Source: an uncultured virus (IMG/VR IMGVR_UViG_3300028588_000812)
Lineage: Duplodnaviria; Heunggongvirae; Uroviricota; Caudoviricetes
DNA length: 64,000 bases
Strand: one strand, 5' to 3'
Virus record (IMG/VR): IMGVR_UViG_3300028588_000812
A program made the position numbers and the translations under genes. Positions within the stretch are counted from its first letter, which is position 1. Every line of letters begins with the position of its first letter. Positions 9,448 through 19,603 of this stretch are shown here, piece by piece. The notes under the pieces were generated by a model. The model made no database searches and was not told the DNA's origin. It saw nothing but the letters and a program-made list of their open reading frames with translations.

Positions 9448-11475
9448 TTATGACTGGCGTTCGTTATCCCATTTAGATAGCAAACCGTCTAATCCTCTTC
9501 CCATCATTTCCGCATCATTATAAGCACGGTGAGCATTTTCATACTTAATTCCAAACTCTTCACAGAATGAAGAAAGTTTAGCGTTAGGTGTTGAAGTCAC
9601 CATACGTGTTGTTAATGATTTGGTGTCAAGAATTTGGATTTGACCTTTACGTAGTGCTTCCGCAAAACCATCTAGGTGTTGACTTAACCATCTTTTCTCA
9701 AATGGAGCATTGTGAGCAACCATAATTCCAGACTTTAAAGTTTTAAGTAACTTCTTTTGTTCTTCAGCATGTTGGAATGAACGCTTCTTAGCAATTTTAC
9801 CTTCCGTAATACCGTGAACTTCTGTTGCACCTGTACTTTGAGCAGCTAAAGCACGACGAGTTAAACCGTAAAGTTTAGCTTGTTTATCAACTTCTCCACC
9901 TTGTGGTGAACGAACTGAGATACCTACTTCAATAATGTGACCAGCAGTAGGTTGCGTTCCAGAAGTTTCTAAGTCAATATGAACAAATTTCTTTTTACGT
10001 TCGCTTAATGGCTTTTCAGTATAAAGCTTCTGCATAGAGCTACGAAGAACATCTTCGTCTACTGAGTCTCCACGTAGTTCGTTGAAACGAGCTTTAGTTT
10101 GTTCTACAGTTTCTTCACGAAGAATTGCAGCTTCTTGGAAAACAACATCATGACCACGGCGAGCCGCTGTTAACATTGTTGGACTAAAAGCTTTACGACC
10201 TGAGATATTTTTAGGAATACGAGGGTCAACTTCTTTTCCCTTTTTAATGTTATCTACTCTAGCAACAAATTCTTCAACTTTAGCGCGGTTACTGTTCATT
10301 TCTGCACGTAATTCTGGTGTAACAGTGAAATGATATTCGCGGTATTCGCGGTCGTCAATAAGAACTGCTACAGCACCTTTGTCAAACCCGGCAGCATCAG
10401 CATACCAAAGAGTTTGTGCTCTATAGCCTTTAGGAACACCATCAAGACCTAATGATGTGTCTCCCCATTTGGAAGCGTCAGATGCGGTTTTGATTTCTAG
10501 AATACCATTTGGTTTTCCGTTTTCATCAGTCATTAAACCGTCAAAGTTTGCAAACTGATATTCATGCTCACTGTTTTTCCATGAAGATTTACAGTGAGTT
10601 AAGTTTGCCTCAGGGTTGTTCTCTGAGAAACGTTGAGCAATAGTCATTTCCCAAGCGTTACCACGTCCAGCATAACCAGTGTAGCTAATGTGACCATCTG
10701 CTTGAACTTCGACTTGCTCATCACTAATTGGATCTAATTTGCTAGTAAGAATTTCATTGTATTCAGCAGTGTTACGACCAGTTTCATCGCTTACACCAAC
10801 AATCTTTCCTACGTCAGAACCACCAATACCTTTTTGACGTTGTTCTAGCCATTCTCTTGAACCGGAAGGGAACTCACCTGTTTCAACTAGATTGTTTAGT
10901 GTGTTATCTGTGTATTCACGGAAAGTACCAGCTTCTGTTTCATCTTCAACAGTTTTCTCTGATAGGCGAGCAGCAGCCAAAGCAGTAATATCTTTGTATT
11001 CATTGGCTTGGTTTTTTAGAACCATAAATTCTTCGTAAGCTTCTTGCGACTCAAAACCTTTTTTGCGTACAAGCTCAAAACGTACTTTACCCGCTTTAGA
11101 TTGCTCTTCAAGCATTTTGTATTCTTGGTTAAGCATACGAGCGCGTTCTTTCATTACGTCACGTTCGTCAAGTAGGTCAATGAAGTTTTCATTGTTCACA
11201 CGGTCATTAACCCATTGCTTTATTTCTTCTGTTGTTCCAGCTTCTAAAATAGCATCGCGTTGCGCAATGTCTGCTTCTTTGTTAGCTACAGCAGGATGAA
11301 TTAAACCATTACGTTTTGAAGGTAAATAGTTTGAGGAAGCATCAGCTTTTGTCATATCTTCTTTAAGCTTAATCCATAGTCCAGCATTACCTGTTTCAAT
11401 TGCGTGTCTGAGCGCAACACGCATGCGGTCGCGTGAACAAAAGCGACCTAGCTCATCATGATATTCGTTTGCCAT
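9448..11475 (-). CDS. YqaJ (lambda-exonuclease-like) nuclease fused to a DEDDh 3'-5' exonuclease, with NxYHDxxGRFCS N-terminal tag
   Basis: WLEQRQKGIGGSD, RGNAWE, ANFDG, LEIKT, YRAQ; then IDLETSG, VAHNAPFE, LDT, HRAYNDA. Confidence 0.88.
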   Translation of the reverse strand: MANEYHDELGRFCSRDRMRVALRHAIETGNAGLWIKLKEDMTKADASSNYLPSKRNGLIHPAVANKEADIAQRDAILEAGTTEEIKQWVNDRVNNENFIDLLDERDVMKERARMLNQEYKMLEEQSKAGKVRFELVRKKGFESQEAYEEFMVLKNQANEYKDITALAAARLSEKTVEDETEAGTFREYTDNTLNNLVETGEFPSGSREWLEQRQKGIGGSDVGKIVGVSDETGRNTAEYNEILTSKLDPISDEQVEVQADGHISYTGYAGRGNAWEMTIAQRFSENNPEANLTHCKSSWKNSEHEYQFANFDGLMTDENGKPNGILEIKTASDASKWGDTSLGLDGVPKGYRAQTLWYADAAGFDKGAVAVLIDDREYREYHFTVTPELRAEMNSNRAKVEEFVARVDNIKKGKEVDPRIPKNISGRKAFSPTMLTAARRGHDVVFQEAAILREETVEQTKARFNELRGDSVDEDVLRSSMQKLYTEKPLSERKKKFVHIDLETSGTQPTAGHIIEVGISVRSPQGGEVDKQAKLYGLTRRALAAQSTGATEVHGITEGKIAKKRSFQHAEEQKKLLKTLKSGIMVAHNAPFEKRWLSQHLDGFAEALRKGQIQILDTKSLTTRMVTSTPNAKLSSFCEEFGIKYENAHRAYNDAEMMGRGLDGLLSKWDNERQS

Positions 11476-11616
11476 AGTAATTTATTTCTAACAGTTTTCT
11501 TTTAGTGAAGTGTTGCATTATCCTAGCTTATTTCTTAATGATACGCAAACGCATCTAAGATTTTTTATGATTTCAGAAACCGATTTGTTTTGCAAACCTG
11601 TGCAAAATATGTTAGA

Positions 11617-11624
11617 GCCGATAG
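11617..11624 (+). promoter_or_regulatory. sigma28/WhiG-type -10 element GCCGATAG upstream of pilT
   Basis: intergenic, ~50 nt before ATG, AAGGA SD downstream. Confidence 0.55.
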
Positions 11625-11673
11625 CTAAATAGAATGTTTATATTAAGTTCTAGAGTAAAGGAAACAAGCATCC

Positions 11674-12903
11674 ATGGATGAAATACGTGCTGTAGAAATT
11701 TTCCAGCGCGCAATTGGAGAAGGCTGCTCTGACGTACATATCAAACCAGGTTCTCCACCCAAAATGCGTAAAAATGGAAAGCTTTTTGCTGTTCCAAGCT
11801 ATGAAAGCTATATTCTTGATGCTGATACTACATCGCGTCTTACGCAAGAAACAATGGATGAGCATGCATTCGCTCAATACAACGCACCTGACGTGAAACA
11901 ACTGGATTATTCTTTTGAAATCCCTCAAGTTGGTCGTTTCCGTATGAATGCATACCATACTCGTGGTGCTAACGCTTTTGTAGGAAGACTTTTACAAAAC
12001 AAAGCTAAGACATTAGATGAATTAGCTGTTCCTTCTGGTGTAAAAAAGCTAGCAAAATCAAAAAACGGCTTAATTATTGTTTCAGGTGCTACAGGTTCTG
12101 GTAAATCTACCACTATGGCTGGAATTATTGACTTCATTAATAACACTCAGCCAGTGAACATTATTTCTGTTGAAGACCCTATTGAAGTTGTGCACTCTGA
12201 TGCTATGGCTTCAATTGCTCAACGTGAAGTCGGCGTTGACGTTGATAGTTTTGAGTTGGCTTTGGAGTCTGCTTTACGTGAAGACCCTGACGTAATTCTT
12301 ATTGGTGAAATTAGAAGTTTAAAGACACTACAAACAGCTATCCTAGCTGCTGACACTGGCCACCTTGTTATTGCTACATTGCACACCACTGACGCTTCTA
12401 AAGCTATAAACCGTATCATTACTATGTATCCTAATGAAGAAAGAGATTTAGCGCGTCAGCAATTGGCCGCAGTTCTACGTGGAATTATTGCACAGCGTCT
12501 AGTACCTAACCTTGTTGGTGGAAGAACTGTTATCAATGAAATTCTTGTTAACACCCCAGAAATTGCACAGGCAATTGTAGATGAAGAACCAGAACAATTG
12601 TACCGTGATATTATTGACCGCTCTCCAAGCATGAAAAGCTTTGAACAACATTTCGTTGAACGCGTGGAAGCTGGTTTAGTTTCCTTAGATACAGCTAAAG
12701 AATATTCTAATGCTGAATATTACGAAAATGTGGAAGTTAAAGAACCTCATCGTAACAACCAGCATGTTATTGAATCTCCTGGTACTAAAAGTCTTCCACC
12801 TATTCCTGGTGGTTCTGCAAGAAATCCAGTACATAATAAACCACCTTTACCTACACGCCCAGCGCAACTTAAAGGTAAGTCTCCTAGCCAATTGCTAGGT
12901 TGA
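11674..12903 (+). CDS. pilT: type IV pilus retraction ATPase PilT/PilU family
   Basis: SDVHI, GATGSGKST, EDPIE, ALREDPDVILIGEIR, TGHLVIATLHT; Pro-rich tail. Confidence 0.9.
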   Translation: MDEIRAVEIFQRAIGEGCSDVHIKPGSPPKMRKNGKLFAVPSYESYILDADTTSRLTQETMDEHAFAQYNAPDVKQLDYSFEIPQVGRFRMNAYHTRGANAFVGRLLQNKAKTLDELAVPSGVKKLAKSKNGLIIVSGATGSGKSTTMAGIIDFINNTQPVNIISVEDPIEVVHSDAMASIAQREVGVDVDSFELALESALREDPDVILIGEIRSLKTLQTAILAADTGHLVIATLHTTDASKAINRIITMYPNEERDLARQQLAAVLRGIIAQRLVPNLVGGRTVINEILVNTPEIAQAIVDEEPEQLYRDIIDRSPSMKSFEQHFVERVEAGLVSLDTAKEYSNAEYYENVEVKEPHRNNQHVIESPGTKSLPPIPGGSARNPVHNKPPLPTRPAQLKGKSPSQLLG

Positions 12904-12966
12904 TAGAGATACACAACAATCATGTTTCCAGAAGAAACTAACAGAGAAAGGCACCAGTGAAATATC

Positions 12967-13212
12967 ATGTCTGCAACAAACCGCGATAGTATCCTTATAG
13001 GTCTTAACTATTTAGAAGCTGTCCTAAAAAACGATTACGATATGAAAACAGTAATTAAAGAAACAGTAAGTAAAGATGAACTTCTTCACGCTCTTACTTC
13101 TGTAGCTATGATAATGACTGGTGTAGCAACACGTGAAAACGCAACTGGCGAGACATATTTTGATACAATAGATAAAGCACGTCAAATTGCTTTAGGAAAA
13201 ACCGAAGCATAA
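12967..13212 (+). CDS. hypothetical protein
   Basis: 81-aa ORF following pilT. Confidence 0.6.
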   Translation: MSATNRDSILIGLNYLEAVLKNDYDMKTVIKETVSKDELLHALTSVAMIMTGVATRENATGETYFDTIDKARQIALGKTEA

Positions 13213-13230
13213 CATACAACAAGGAACATA

Positions 13231-13719
13231 ATGGGCAGGATAGCTAAACAAGCATTAGCTTTTATAATAGGGCTAGGAATAGTTGGCGGTTTAGTTTACT
13301 GGTCAATGGCGAGTAGTTTAAACGAGTTTAAATCCGCTAAAGCTAACCAAACCATTATGGAAATACATTCTACAGATATGCTTTGTGCCACATATGATAC
13401 AACCGAAAAATGTACTAAAACTTTTGAAGTAAAATCTACTGGTTCTTATACTGATTTAAAAGGTGTTAAACAAAAGTTAACGCCTGAACAAGTAACTGCT
13501 CTAAAAAAGCTTATCCGTGAAGCAGATTTTAGTATTTTACAACCAGGCGAGGGAACTTATTGCCATGCTAACAATGACATGCCACAAATAAGTTACTCTT
13601 TCAATACAATAGATGACCCAACCTGGTATGTTCCTTGCACATCAACAAATGCACGTTCGCTACCTCTATTCAATTTTATTGAACAGGAATTAAAACTTCC
13701 ATTAGATACTAAAGCTTGA
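13231..13719 (+). CDS. membrane-anchored or secreted protein
   Basis: N-terminal hydrophobic helix, 4 Cys, AAGGA SD. Confidence 0.7.
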   Translation: MGRIAKQALAFIIGLGIVGGLVYWSMASSLNEFKSAKANQTIMEIHSTDMLCATYDTTEKCTKTFEVKSTGSYTDLKGVKQKLTPEQVTALKKLIREADFSILQPGEGTYCHANNDMPQISYSFNTIDDPTWYVPCTSTNARSLPLFNFIEQELKLPLDTKA

Positions 13720-13752
13720 TAAAAGTATTTAGCTTGTGCTATACTTTTGTTT

Positions 13753-14649
13753 ATGTCTCAAATTGTAAAAATTATACGTGGTATTCCTGGTTCAGGGAAA
13801 TCAACACTTGCTTTTGAATGGATGCGTAAAGATCCTCTCAACCGTGCACGTGTTAATCGTGATGCCATTCGTTATGAAAACTTCGGTGCATACACTTTGC
13901 CACCTGAATTGGAAAACGTTGTCACAAAAATCCAGTTAGAGACTTTCACTAAGTTGCTTTCTCTTGGTAAAAGTGTTGTTGTCGACGACACTAACTTACG
14001 CGAAAAGTCTATTAAGCCTTTCCTTGAAGTTGCTGCGCGTTTTAACATCCCAGTAACTCATCAAGATGTTGACGTTGATATCAAGGTTGCTTTAGAGCGC
14101 AACGCTAAGCGTGAACGTAAAGTTCCAGAGGAAGTTATTCGTAAGATGTACACAAACTTCCTAAAGCGTGGACCTTTCCCTGTATTAGAAAACTCTAGTG
14201 CATACTTCACTACATATGTACCTGACGAGAGTAAGCCAAAAGCTATTCTTCTAGACGTAGACGGTACAGCGATGCATATTTCACCTGACCGTGGACCTTT
14301 TGACTGGGATAAGGTTATCCTTGATGAGCCTAACGCTCCAGTTGTAGATGCAGTAAAGGCTCTCCGTGCATTCGGATATCAAATCATCGTAATGAGTGGC
14401 CGTGATGGTATTTCTAAGAAAGATACCATTTGGTCACTTAATGAAGCTGGTATTGAGTTTGATGAGATTCATATGCGTGCCGAAAATGATACACGTCCTG
14501 ACTGGAAAGTAAAGGGCGAACTGTTTGATGCACACATTCGTGAACGTTTCAATATCATGTTCTGTCTTGACGACCGCGACCAAGTTGTAGATTTCTACAG
14601 AAAAACTCTTGGTCTAACTGTATTCCAAGTCAACTACGGAAACTTCTAA
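13753..14649 (+). CDS. polynucleotide 5'-kinase/3'-phosphatase (T4 PseT-like)
   Basis: GIPGSGKST, NRDAIR, VVDDTN kinase domain; DVDGT...DDRDQVV HAD domain; TGC-TATACT 7 nt upstream. Confidence 0.92.
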   Translation: MSQIVKIIRGIPGSGKSTLAFEWMRKDPLNRARVNRDAIRYENFGAYTLPPELENVVTKIQLETFTKLLSLGKSVVVDDTNLREKSIKPFLEVAARFNIPVTHQDVDVDIKVALERNAKRERKVPEEVIRKMYTNFLKRGPFPVLENSSAYFTTYVPDESKPKAILLDVDGTAMHISPDRGPFDWDKVILDEPNAPVVDAVKALRAFGYQIIVMSGRDGISKKDTIWSLNEAGIEFDEIHMRAENDTRPDWKVKGELFDAHIRERFNIMFCLDDRDQVVDFYRKTLGLTVFQVNYGNF

Positions 14650-14657
14650 ACAATCAG

Positions 14658-14685
14658 TAAAGGGTTTCTTCTACCAAACCGATAT
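14658..14685 (+). promoter_or_regulatory. complete sigma28/WhiG-type promoter TAAA-N16-ACCGATAT, leaderless
   Basis: TAAA 14658-14661, ACCGATAT 14678-14685, ATG 14693. Confidence 0.65.
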
Positions 14686-14692
14686 AAGTATT

Positions 14693-15445
14693 ATGTTTGG
14701 TAGAAGAAACCCTTTTGATTTAGAACAAATAAAATCTAAGCTTAACCGCTCCCTTAAAGCTGACGTTGTAAGCGTTACAAACCTTAACCGTAGCTCTTTA
14801 AACGTTGAGTTATCATTAACAGATTATTTGTATGCTGATTTGAAAACAACTTTAGAAAAAGCTATCCAAATATTACAGGAACATAAATGTACTAAATCTG
14901 TTATACGCTTAAATTTAGCTAACGATGTACTAATTACTAATGGTACAATTCCTGAATCTAAAACTGCCGTAGAAATTCTAGAAGCAATTAAATCAAGATT
15001 ACCTTCCGCTCAATATGTCACTATTGATAAAGGAAGTGTTAGCTTTGAAATAAATGATTTGGAATTATTTTCTCGTTCAGCATTAAATGGTGCGTTAGTT
15101 CTTGTAGACCACTTTAATGAAGAGTTACCTAATGGTTCCCAAATCAAAGTAACTATCAATAAAACTATTGAAGTAACTTTTGAGTTTGCTTGGTTACAAG
15201 CTAAAGTAGTTAATGAAACTATTATCAACAGCGTGCGTTATTACGAAATGATGGAGTTCCTTCAAAAGAATCCCCATCCAGAAGTAGAAACTTTCTCTTT
15301 CAAATTTAGAGATAGCAGTAAAGGTTACTATACTGAGCTAAACATTATCTTTAAAGAAAAGCTTACTTCTAAAAATTCATTACAAGTTTCTGAATTTATT
15401 AGAAGTAAGCTTAACGAACGCTTTAGCCATTTACCTGTTTATTAA
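14693..15445 (+). CDS. hypothetical protein
   Basis: 250-aa ORF. Confidence 0.7.
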   Translation: MFGRRNPFDLEQIKSKLNRSLKADVVSVTNLNRSSLNVELSLTDYLYADLKTTLEKAIQILQEHKCTKSVIRLNLANDVLITNGTIPESKTAVEILEAIKSRLPSAQYVTIDKGSVSFEINDLELFSRSALNGALVLVDHFNEELPNGSQIKVTINKTIEVTFEFAWLQAKVVNETIINSVRYYEMMEFLQKNPHPEVETFSFKFRDSSKGYYTELNIIFKEKLTSKNSLQVSEFIRSKLNERFSHLPVY

Positions 15446-15585
15446 ACGATTGACCCAAGGCCCATAGTGACAGCAGTTGTTGCTAACATTGCGCCAAGCG
15501 CAATAAAAGCAGTAATTTTCATTACTCTTTGACGTTTAGCAAAAGCCGAAAGCTCTTGATTGTTTTTATTTTTCTTCTTGCTCAC
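15442..15585 (-). CDS. small basic single-pass membrane peptide (47 aa, not in ORF track)
   Basis: GTG-start frame MSKKKNKNNQELSAFAKRQRVMKITAFIALGAMLATTAVTMGLGSIV fills the gap after the lipoprotein gene. Confidence 0.55.
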   Translation of the reverse strand: MSKKKNKNNQELSAFAKRQRVMKITAFIALGAMLATTAVTMGLGSIV

Positions 15586-16300
15586 TTCTTATTTCCTGTC
15601 CTTGTGCTGGTTTGTTCTCTTTAGTCTTAACAGAATAACTTTCTGTTAACTGGTCTGCACCTATATTAAAGGTTTGTGTTAAATCTACTTTTTCTTGGTC
15701 AATTAAATTATCGGATACAATTACGTCTGCTCCCCATGTTGCTGAACTGCCAGGGTTTAGTTCCGCTTCAGGATTAACTGTCAAATCAGCAGGTACGTTA
15801 GGATAACCTAACATTGAGTGAAGAGCATAATCTGTGCTTACTGTTTTTAATTCCCCTGATGCGGATGTAACCGTTGACCAGTTAAATGTATTTAACTTTA
15901 TAGGGGAACTTCCATTATTAGTTAAAGTGTAACCAAGTGCAATAACACGTCTGTCTTTAACTAAATCAGTATCAGCTTCTGGCATAATTACATTGCCTTT
16001 ATCATCCAATTTAACTTCCGTAGAAACTGGTACGCCAGACTCTGCTACTTGTAATTCACTTTCTGTAGGGTAACCTGTACCTGCATAAAACACTTGTAAC
16101 TCAACACCATTAGAAAATGTGTTTGTACTAACAGGAACAGAGCTTCCGTTAGCTGTTGGGTTAACTAGAACTTCTTGAACTGCGGCAGTTTCAGAAGGTT
16201 CAGGTGTAGGTTCATTCGCACCGAAAAGCGAACACCCAGTCAACCCAACAGCTAACGATGACATTAAAGCCAAAGCAATAAAAGGTTTAATATTTCTCAT
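15566..16300 (-). CDS. lipoprotein
   Basis: start MRNIKPF at 16300, signal peptide with lipobox LTGC, PTPEPSET linker; TCCGATAT element 9 nt upstream. Confidence 0.8.
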   Translation of the reverse strand: MRNIKPFIALALMSSLAVGLTGCSLFGANEPTPEPSETAAVQEVLVNPTANGSSVPVSTNTFSNGVELQVFYAGTGYPTESELQVAESGVPVSTEVKLDDKGNVIMPEADTDLVKDRRVIALGYTLTNNGSSPIKLNTFNWSTVTSASGELKTVSTDYALHSMLGYPNVPADLTVNPEAELNPGSSATWGADVIVSDNLIDQEKVDLTQTFNIGADQLTESYSVKTKENKPAQGQEIRSEQEEK

Positions 16301-16301
16301 A

Positions 16302-18290
16302 CTATTTAATATCGGAGTTAGTTTTGTTTTTCTGGTAACAGTCATCACAAGTTTTAAACCAAGGCGCTGTAGGCTTGTTGCACTTAGCACATACACCTAA
16401 GCTAGAATTCTTAATTCCAATACTAAGAATTTTGATAATAGCATCCGTAATAATATCTTCTGCTTCACGTAATCTATTTTCATTTAGAGTACCTAACCAG
16501 CGAGTACCTTGCTTTTCTGTACCGAACATGACCATAGCCATTTTCAATTCTGCATTAATTTTGATTGCATGTTCAAGTGCTTCAATAGTATTAGCTGCTT
16601 CTTTGGCAGGCAAAGTCTTAGCAGACTTAGCCCATAACCATACATTGTCATTAAAGAAGCTACTTAGACGGTTACTCTCTTCACGGTATGGTGAACATAA
16701 CCATTCAGCAATTTGTGTCAAACTAGGTAAAGCAGAGTCATATGGACCTGAACCTAGTTGCCATAATTCATTAATGTCAACATTAAGGTTACTAGGATAA
16801 TCGTTGATATCAAAGATTTTACCTTCATTCCATGGTGCAGTTGGAATATGCAATGCATGCAAAATGGTCATAATGTTTTTACTAAGAACACTTAATGTAG
16901 CAGCTTCTAATGGCTCGTCAATTAATGTTTTGTTAGCAATGACCTGCCATTGGTAGATAGCTGGTAGTAGTTGTGAAGCTGCGACAGCACCACCATTAAT
17001 ATCTAAACCTAAATCATTTAATCTAGGCGCAATAATAGCAGTTTCTACATCTAAATCTGTAGGAGCTTTACCTGCTGCTGCGAGTACGGCTGTCTTAACT
17101 AAATCGCGGTCTTTAGATAGCCAAGGTAGACCTTCTCCAAGGTAAACGCTACCTTCTTCACTTAAACCAAAACGACCTGCACGCCCAGCAATTTGAGCGC
17201 CTTCCCAAATATGTAATGGTCGCACAGTTGAACCATCAAACTTTTCAGTTTGTGTGAATACAACATTATCAATAGGAAGGTTAATTCCATGACCAATAAC
17301 ATCAGTAACAACCATTACATCATATTTGCCATCTTCGTAAGCTTCAATTTGCTTTTTGCGTGCTTTAAGAGGTAAGTCACCATAAAGGATACCTACCTTA
17401 CGTCCTTTCTTTTGCAAGAAGTTAGCTACCGTATAAACAGATTTACGAGAGAAACACACAATAGCAGTTTTATTTGGAACTTTGGCAATATCTATCGTAC
17501 CTTTATAAACAATAGGCGTCTTACGTGTAAAGCTCTGGCTATCTGAATGCCATGCTTGACTTGTAAGTTTTTCTACTAAAGGTACTGCTTCCGCAGCAGT
17601 TAACCCATAAATATTTGTATAGTCTGTGCTGTAAAGAAGTTTTGTCCAGACATGACCTCTACTTGGCTCAGCAAGCCAGTGTGCTTCGTCAATTAAGATA
17701 GAATGACCTTCCGTGGGGGCCATTTCTGCTGTAGTTGCTAGTAGTTTAGCCTGTGGGTTAATTTGCTCTTCACCAGTAATGAACCCAACTTTGTCAGCAC
17801 CATAACGGTCAACCATTTTGTTATAAACTTCGAAAGCCAATAGACGTAAAGGCCCACAGTAAACATGTGTTTTGTCTGGGTTGTTGTCATAATCATGGAA
17901 CAATTGTTCTAATCCATTATATGTTTTGCCAGAGTTAGTAGGACCAACAAAAAGCATTGTTTTAGCAGGCTGACTTGTGCGACGACGAGTGTCAACAACT
18001 ATGTTGCTACGCAAACGTGCTTTAAGCTCTGCAACGTTCTTGCGGAAATTCTCTTCTTTAACTTCATCGCTAACTTTGTTAGCTTTTTCTTCTTCACGAG
18101 TTAATTTGATGATTGTTTTTAGAGCATTGAAATCATCAATAGAGATAGCCCATTTGCCGCGACTATTTTTAACTTTACCCACTTGGGCTTTGTTCATAAG
18201 TTCTGTAAACTCATGATTTTTTAAACCTAAACTTGTTGTAGCTGTATGTACAGTAATAATGTTTGGTTTTGAATTAGGAACTGAGGTCAT
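16302..18290 (-). CDS. Suv3-like SF2 helicase with C-terminal Zn ribbon
   Basis: GPTNSGKTY, YCGPLRLLAFEVY, ITGEE, DEAH, QIAGRAGRFG; CAKC...CDDC. Confidence 0.88.
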   Translation of the reverse strand: MTSVPNSKPNIITVHTATTSLGLKNHEFTELMNKAQVGKVKNSRGKWAISIDDFNALKTIIKLTREEEKANKVSDEVKEENFRKNVAELKARLRSNIVVDTRRRTSQPAKTMLFVGPTNSGKTYNGLEQLFHDYDNNPDKTHVYCGPLRLLAFEVYNKMVDRYGADKVGFITGEEQINPQAKLLATTAEMAPTEGHSILIDEAHWLAEPSRGHVWTKLLYSTDYTNIYGLTAAEAVPLVEKLTSQAWHSDSQSFTRKTPIVYKGTIDIAKVPNKTAIVCFSRKSVYTVANFLQKKGRKVGILYGDLPLKARKKQIEAYEDGKYDVMVVTDVIGHGINLPIDNVVFTQTEKFDGSTVRPLHIWEGAQIAGRAGRFGLSEEGSVYLGEGLPWLSKDRDLVKTAVLAAAGKAPTDLDVETAIIAPRLNDLGLDINGGAVAASQLLPAIYQWQVIANKTLIDEPLEAATLSVLSKNIMTILHALHIPTAPWNEGKIFDINDYPSNLNVDINELWQLGSGPYDSALPSLTQIAEWLCSPYREESNRLSSFFNDNVWLWAKSAKTLPAKEAANTIEALEHAIKINAELKMAMVMFGTEKQGTRWLGTLNENRLREAEDIITDAIIKILSIGIKNSSLGVCAKCNKPTAPWFKTCDDCYQKNKTNSDIK

Positions 18291-18528
18291 TGGTTTTAAT
18301 TTTCTGTGATGGTAAGACGGAATATACTTTTTTAGGTGTTACATGGACACCTGGCCATTTAGTATTATTCAGCGGCGAAATAATCTCGTGCGTTGAATAT
18401 TCTATTAATGGCTGCATATTTATTACTCCCTGCGTATGTTTACTAAGACTGGCATTTGATGATGTTTCATCAATGTTTAGGTCTTTAGTAATAACAAAGC
18501 TAGGAAGTAATCTTACATCATTGGTCAA
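18274..18528 (-). CDS. hypothetical protein
   Basis: 84-aa ORF overlapping the helicase start; AAGGAG SD. Confidence 0.5.
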   Translation of the reverse strand: MTNDVRLLPSFVITKDLNIDETSSNASLSKHTQGVINMQPLIEYSTHEIISPLNNTKWPGVHVTPKKVYSVLPSQKIKTNDLSS

Positions 18529-18757
18529 AACTTGATCTCCTTAAAGGTTAATCTCAGTATAGCATTTTTATGTTTTTTACCGTTAAAGCTACATTGGTAC
18601 GTATTATATTTATAGGCTTAATCTTATTTTACAATAAAAGTAAAGTAGTCATAAAACGCATTTTAAGCACTTATGGATGACAAGCGGGTAAGTCAGCATT
18701 GTTATGGTTAAAAGAGCTTAGAATGGCACTGAGAACCTTACAGAAGGTATTCTAGGC

Positions 18758-18803
18758 AATAAGTTAGCCCCTCATGAGTTTTATCATGAGGGGCTAACTT
18801 ATT
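18758..18803 (-). terminator. intrinsic terminator
   Basis: 20-bp perfect inverted repeat after 18807..19022. Confidence 0.75.
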
Positions 18804-18806
18804 TGT

Positions 18807-19022
18807 TTAATATTCTAAATCGGAGGGATTAATCTCAAAACCTTGTGAGACAAGCTTTTCTACTTTTTCACGAGCATGGTGGGTGCAGAAGTAAAGCTGG
18901 AAATCATCTTTGAATGCAACATGGCGTGCTTTAACACTTCCGCCACAAGCATCACAAATTTCACTAGTTACTGTAGGTTTTGTTTCCGTTTCAAGAACAG
19001 GGGCGGTAGTTGCAATTGACAA
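18807..19022 (-). CDS. small Zn-finger protein of actinobacterial type
   Basis: CDACG...LYFCTHH pattern, like small conserved actinobacterial proteins. Confidence 0.7.
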   Translation of the reverse strand: MSIATTAPVLETETKPTVTSEICDACGGSVKARHVAFKDDFQLYFCTHHAREKVEKLVSQGFEINPSDLEY

Positions 19023-19095
19023 AATATGTTTCCTCTCAAGTAGTTATTTAAACTATCTTTATATTACCATTACTAACGTGTAAAATCAAGCTAGA

Positions 19096-19590
19096 TTATA
19101 AATCAATCATACGACGTAAGTTGTTAGAAACTTCTTTAAGCAAATCTAACTCACTACGTAAGTCACGGTTGTGCTGTTGAATTTCCTTTGCTACGTTTAA
19201 CGCTACAATGTATATAGAATATTCCTCTTCACACAAAAGTTCTGCTGCTGCTTCACGTTGTTTTTCAGTTGCGCCAGAAATACCAATAATTAAACGTTTC
19301 TTTTTACCTTCGTAAATCCATCTTGCTTGCGTTGTATAGCGGTCAGCATTACGCATTTCAACCCTAATTTGGTTCAAGCGAATGCGTAATTCAACTAGCT
19401 CTCTATTAACGCTAGCGATGTCAGTATAATCAATATCAGGGTTAGGCTGGTACTTTTCCCAGGCACTTGTGATAGTTACTTCTGAGGCTTTAGGTAATTT
19501 AGGCTGTTCCTTAACATCATCAAACTTAAAAGCTTGACCGTAGAGCGCCATTCCTTGAACTGTTTTGACCGGATTTTGGGGGTCTGCCAT
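19096..19590 (-). CDS. coiled-coil hypothetical protein
   Basis: 164-aa helical ORF with GGAG SD. Confidence 0.7.
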   Translation of the reverse strand: MADPQNPVKTVQGMALYGQAFKFDDVKEQPKLPKASEVTITSAWEKYQPNPDIDYTDIASVNRELVELRIRLNQIRVEMRNADRYTTQARWIYEGKKKRLIIGISGATEKQREAAAELLCEEEYSIYIVALNVAKEIQQHNRDLRSELDLLKEVSNNLRRMIDL

Positions 19591-19603
19591 TATTTATTTA
19601 CTC

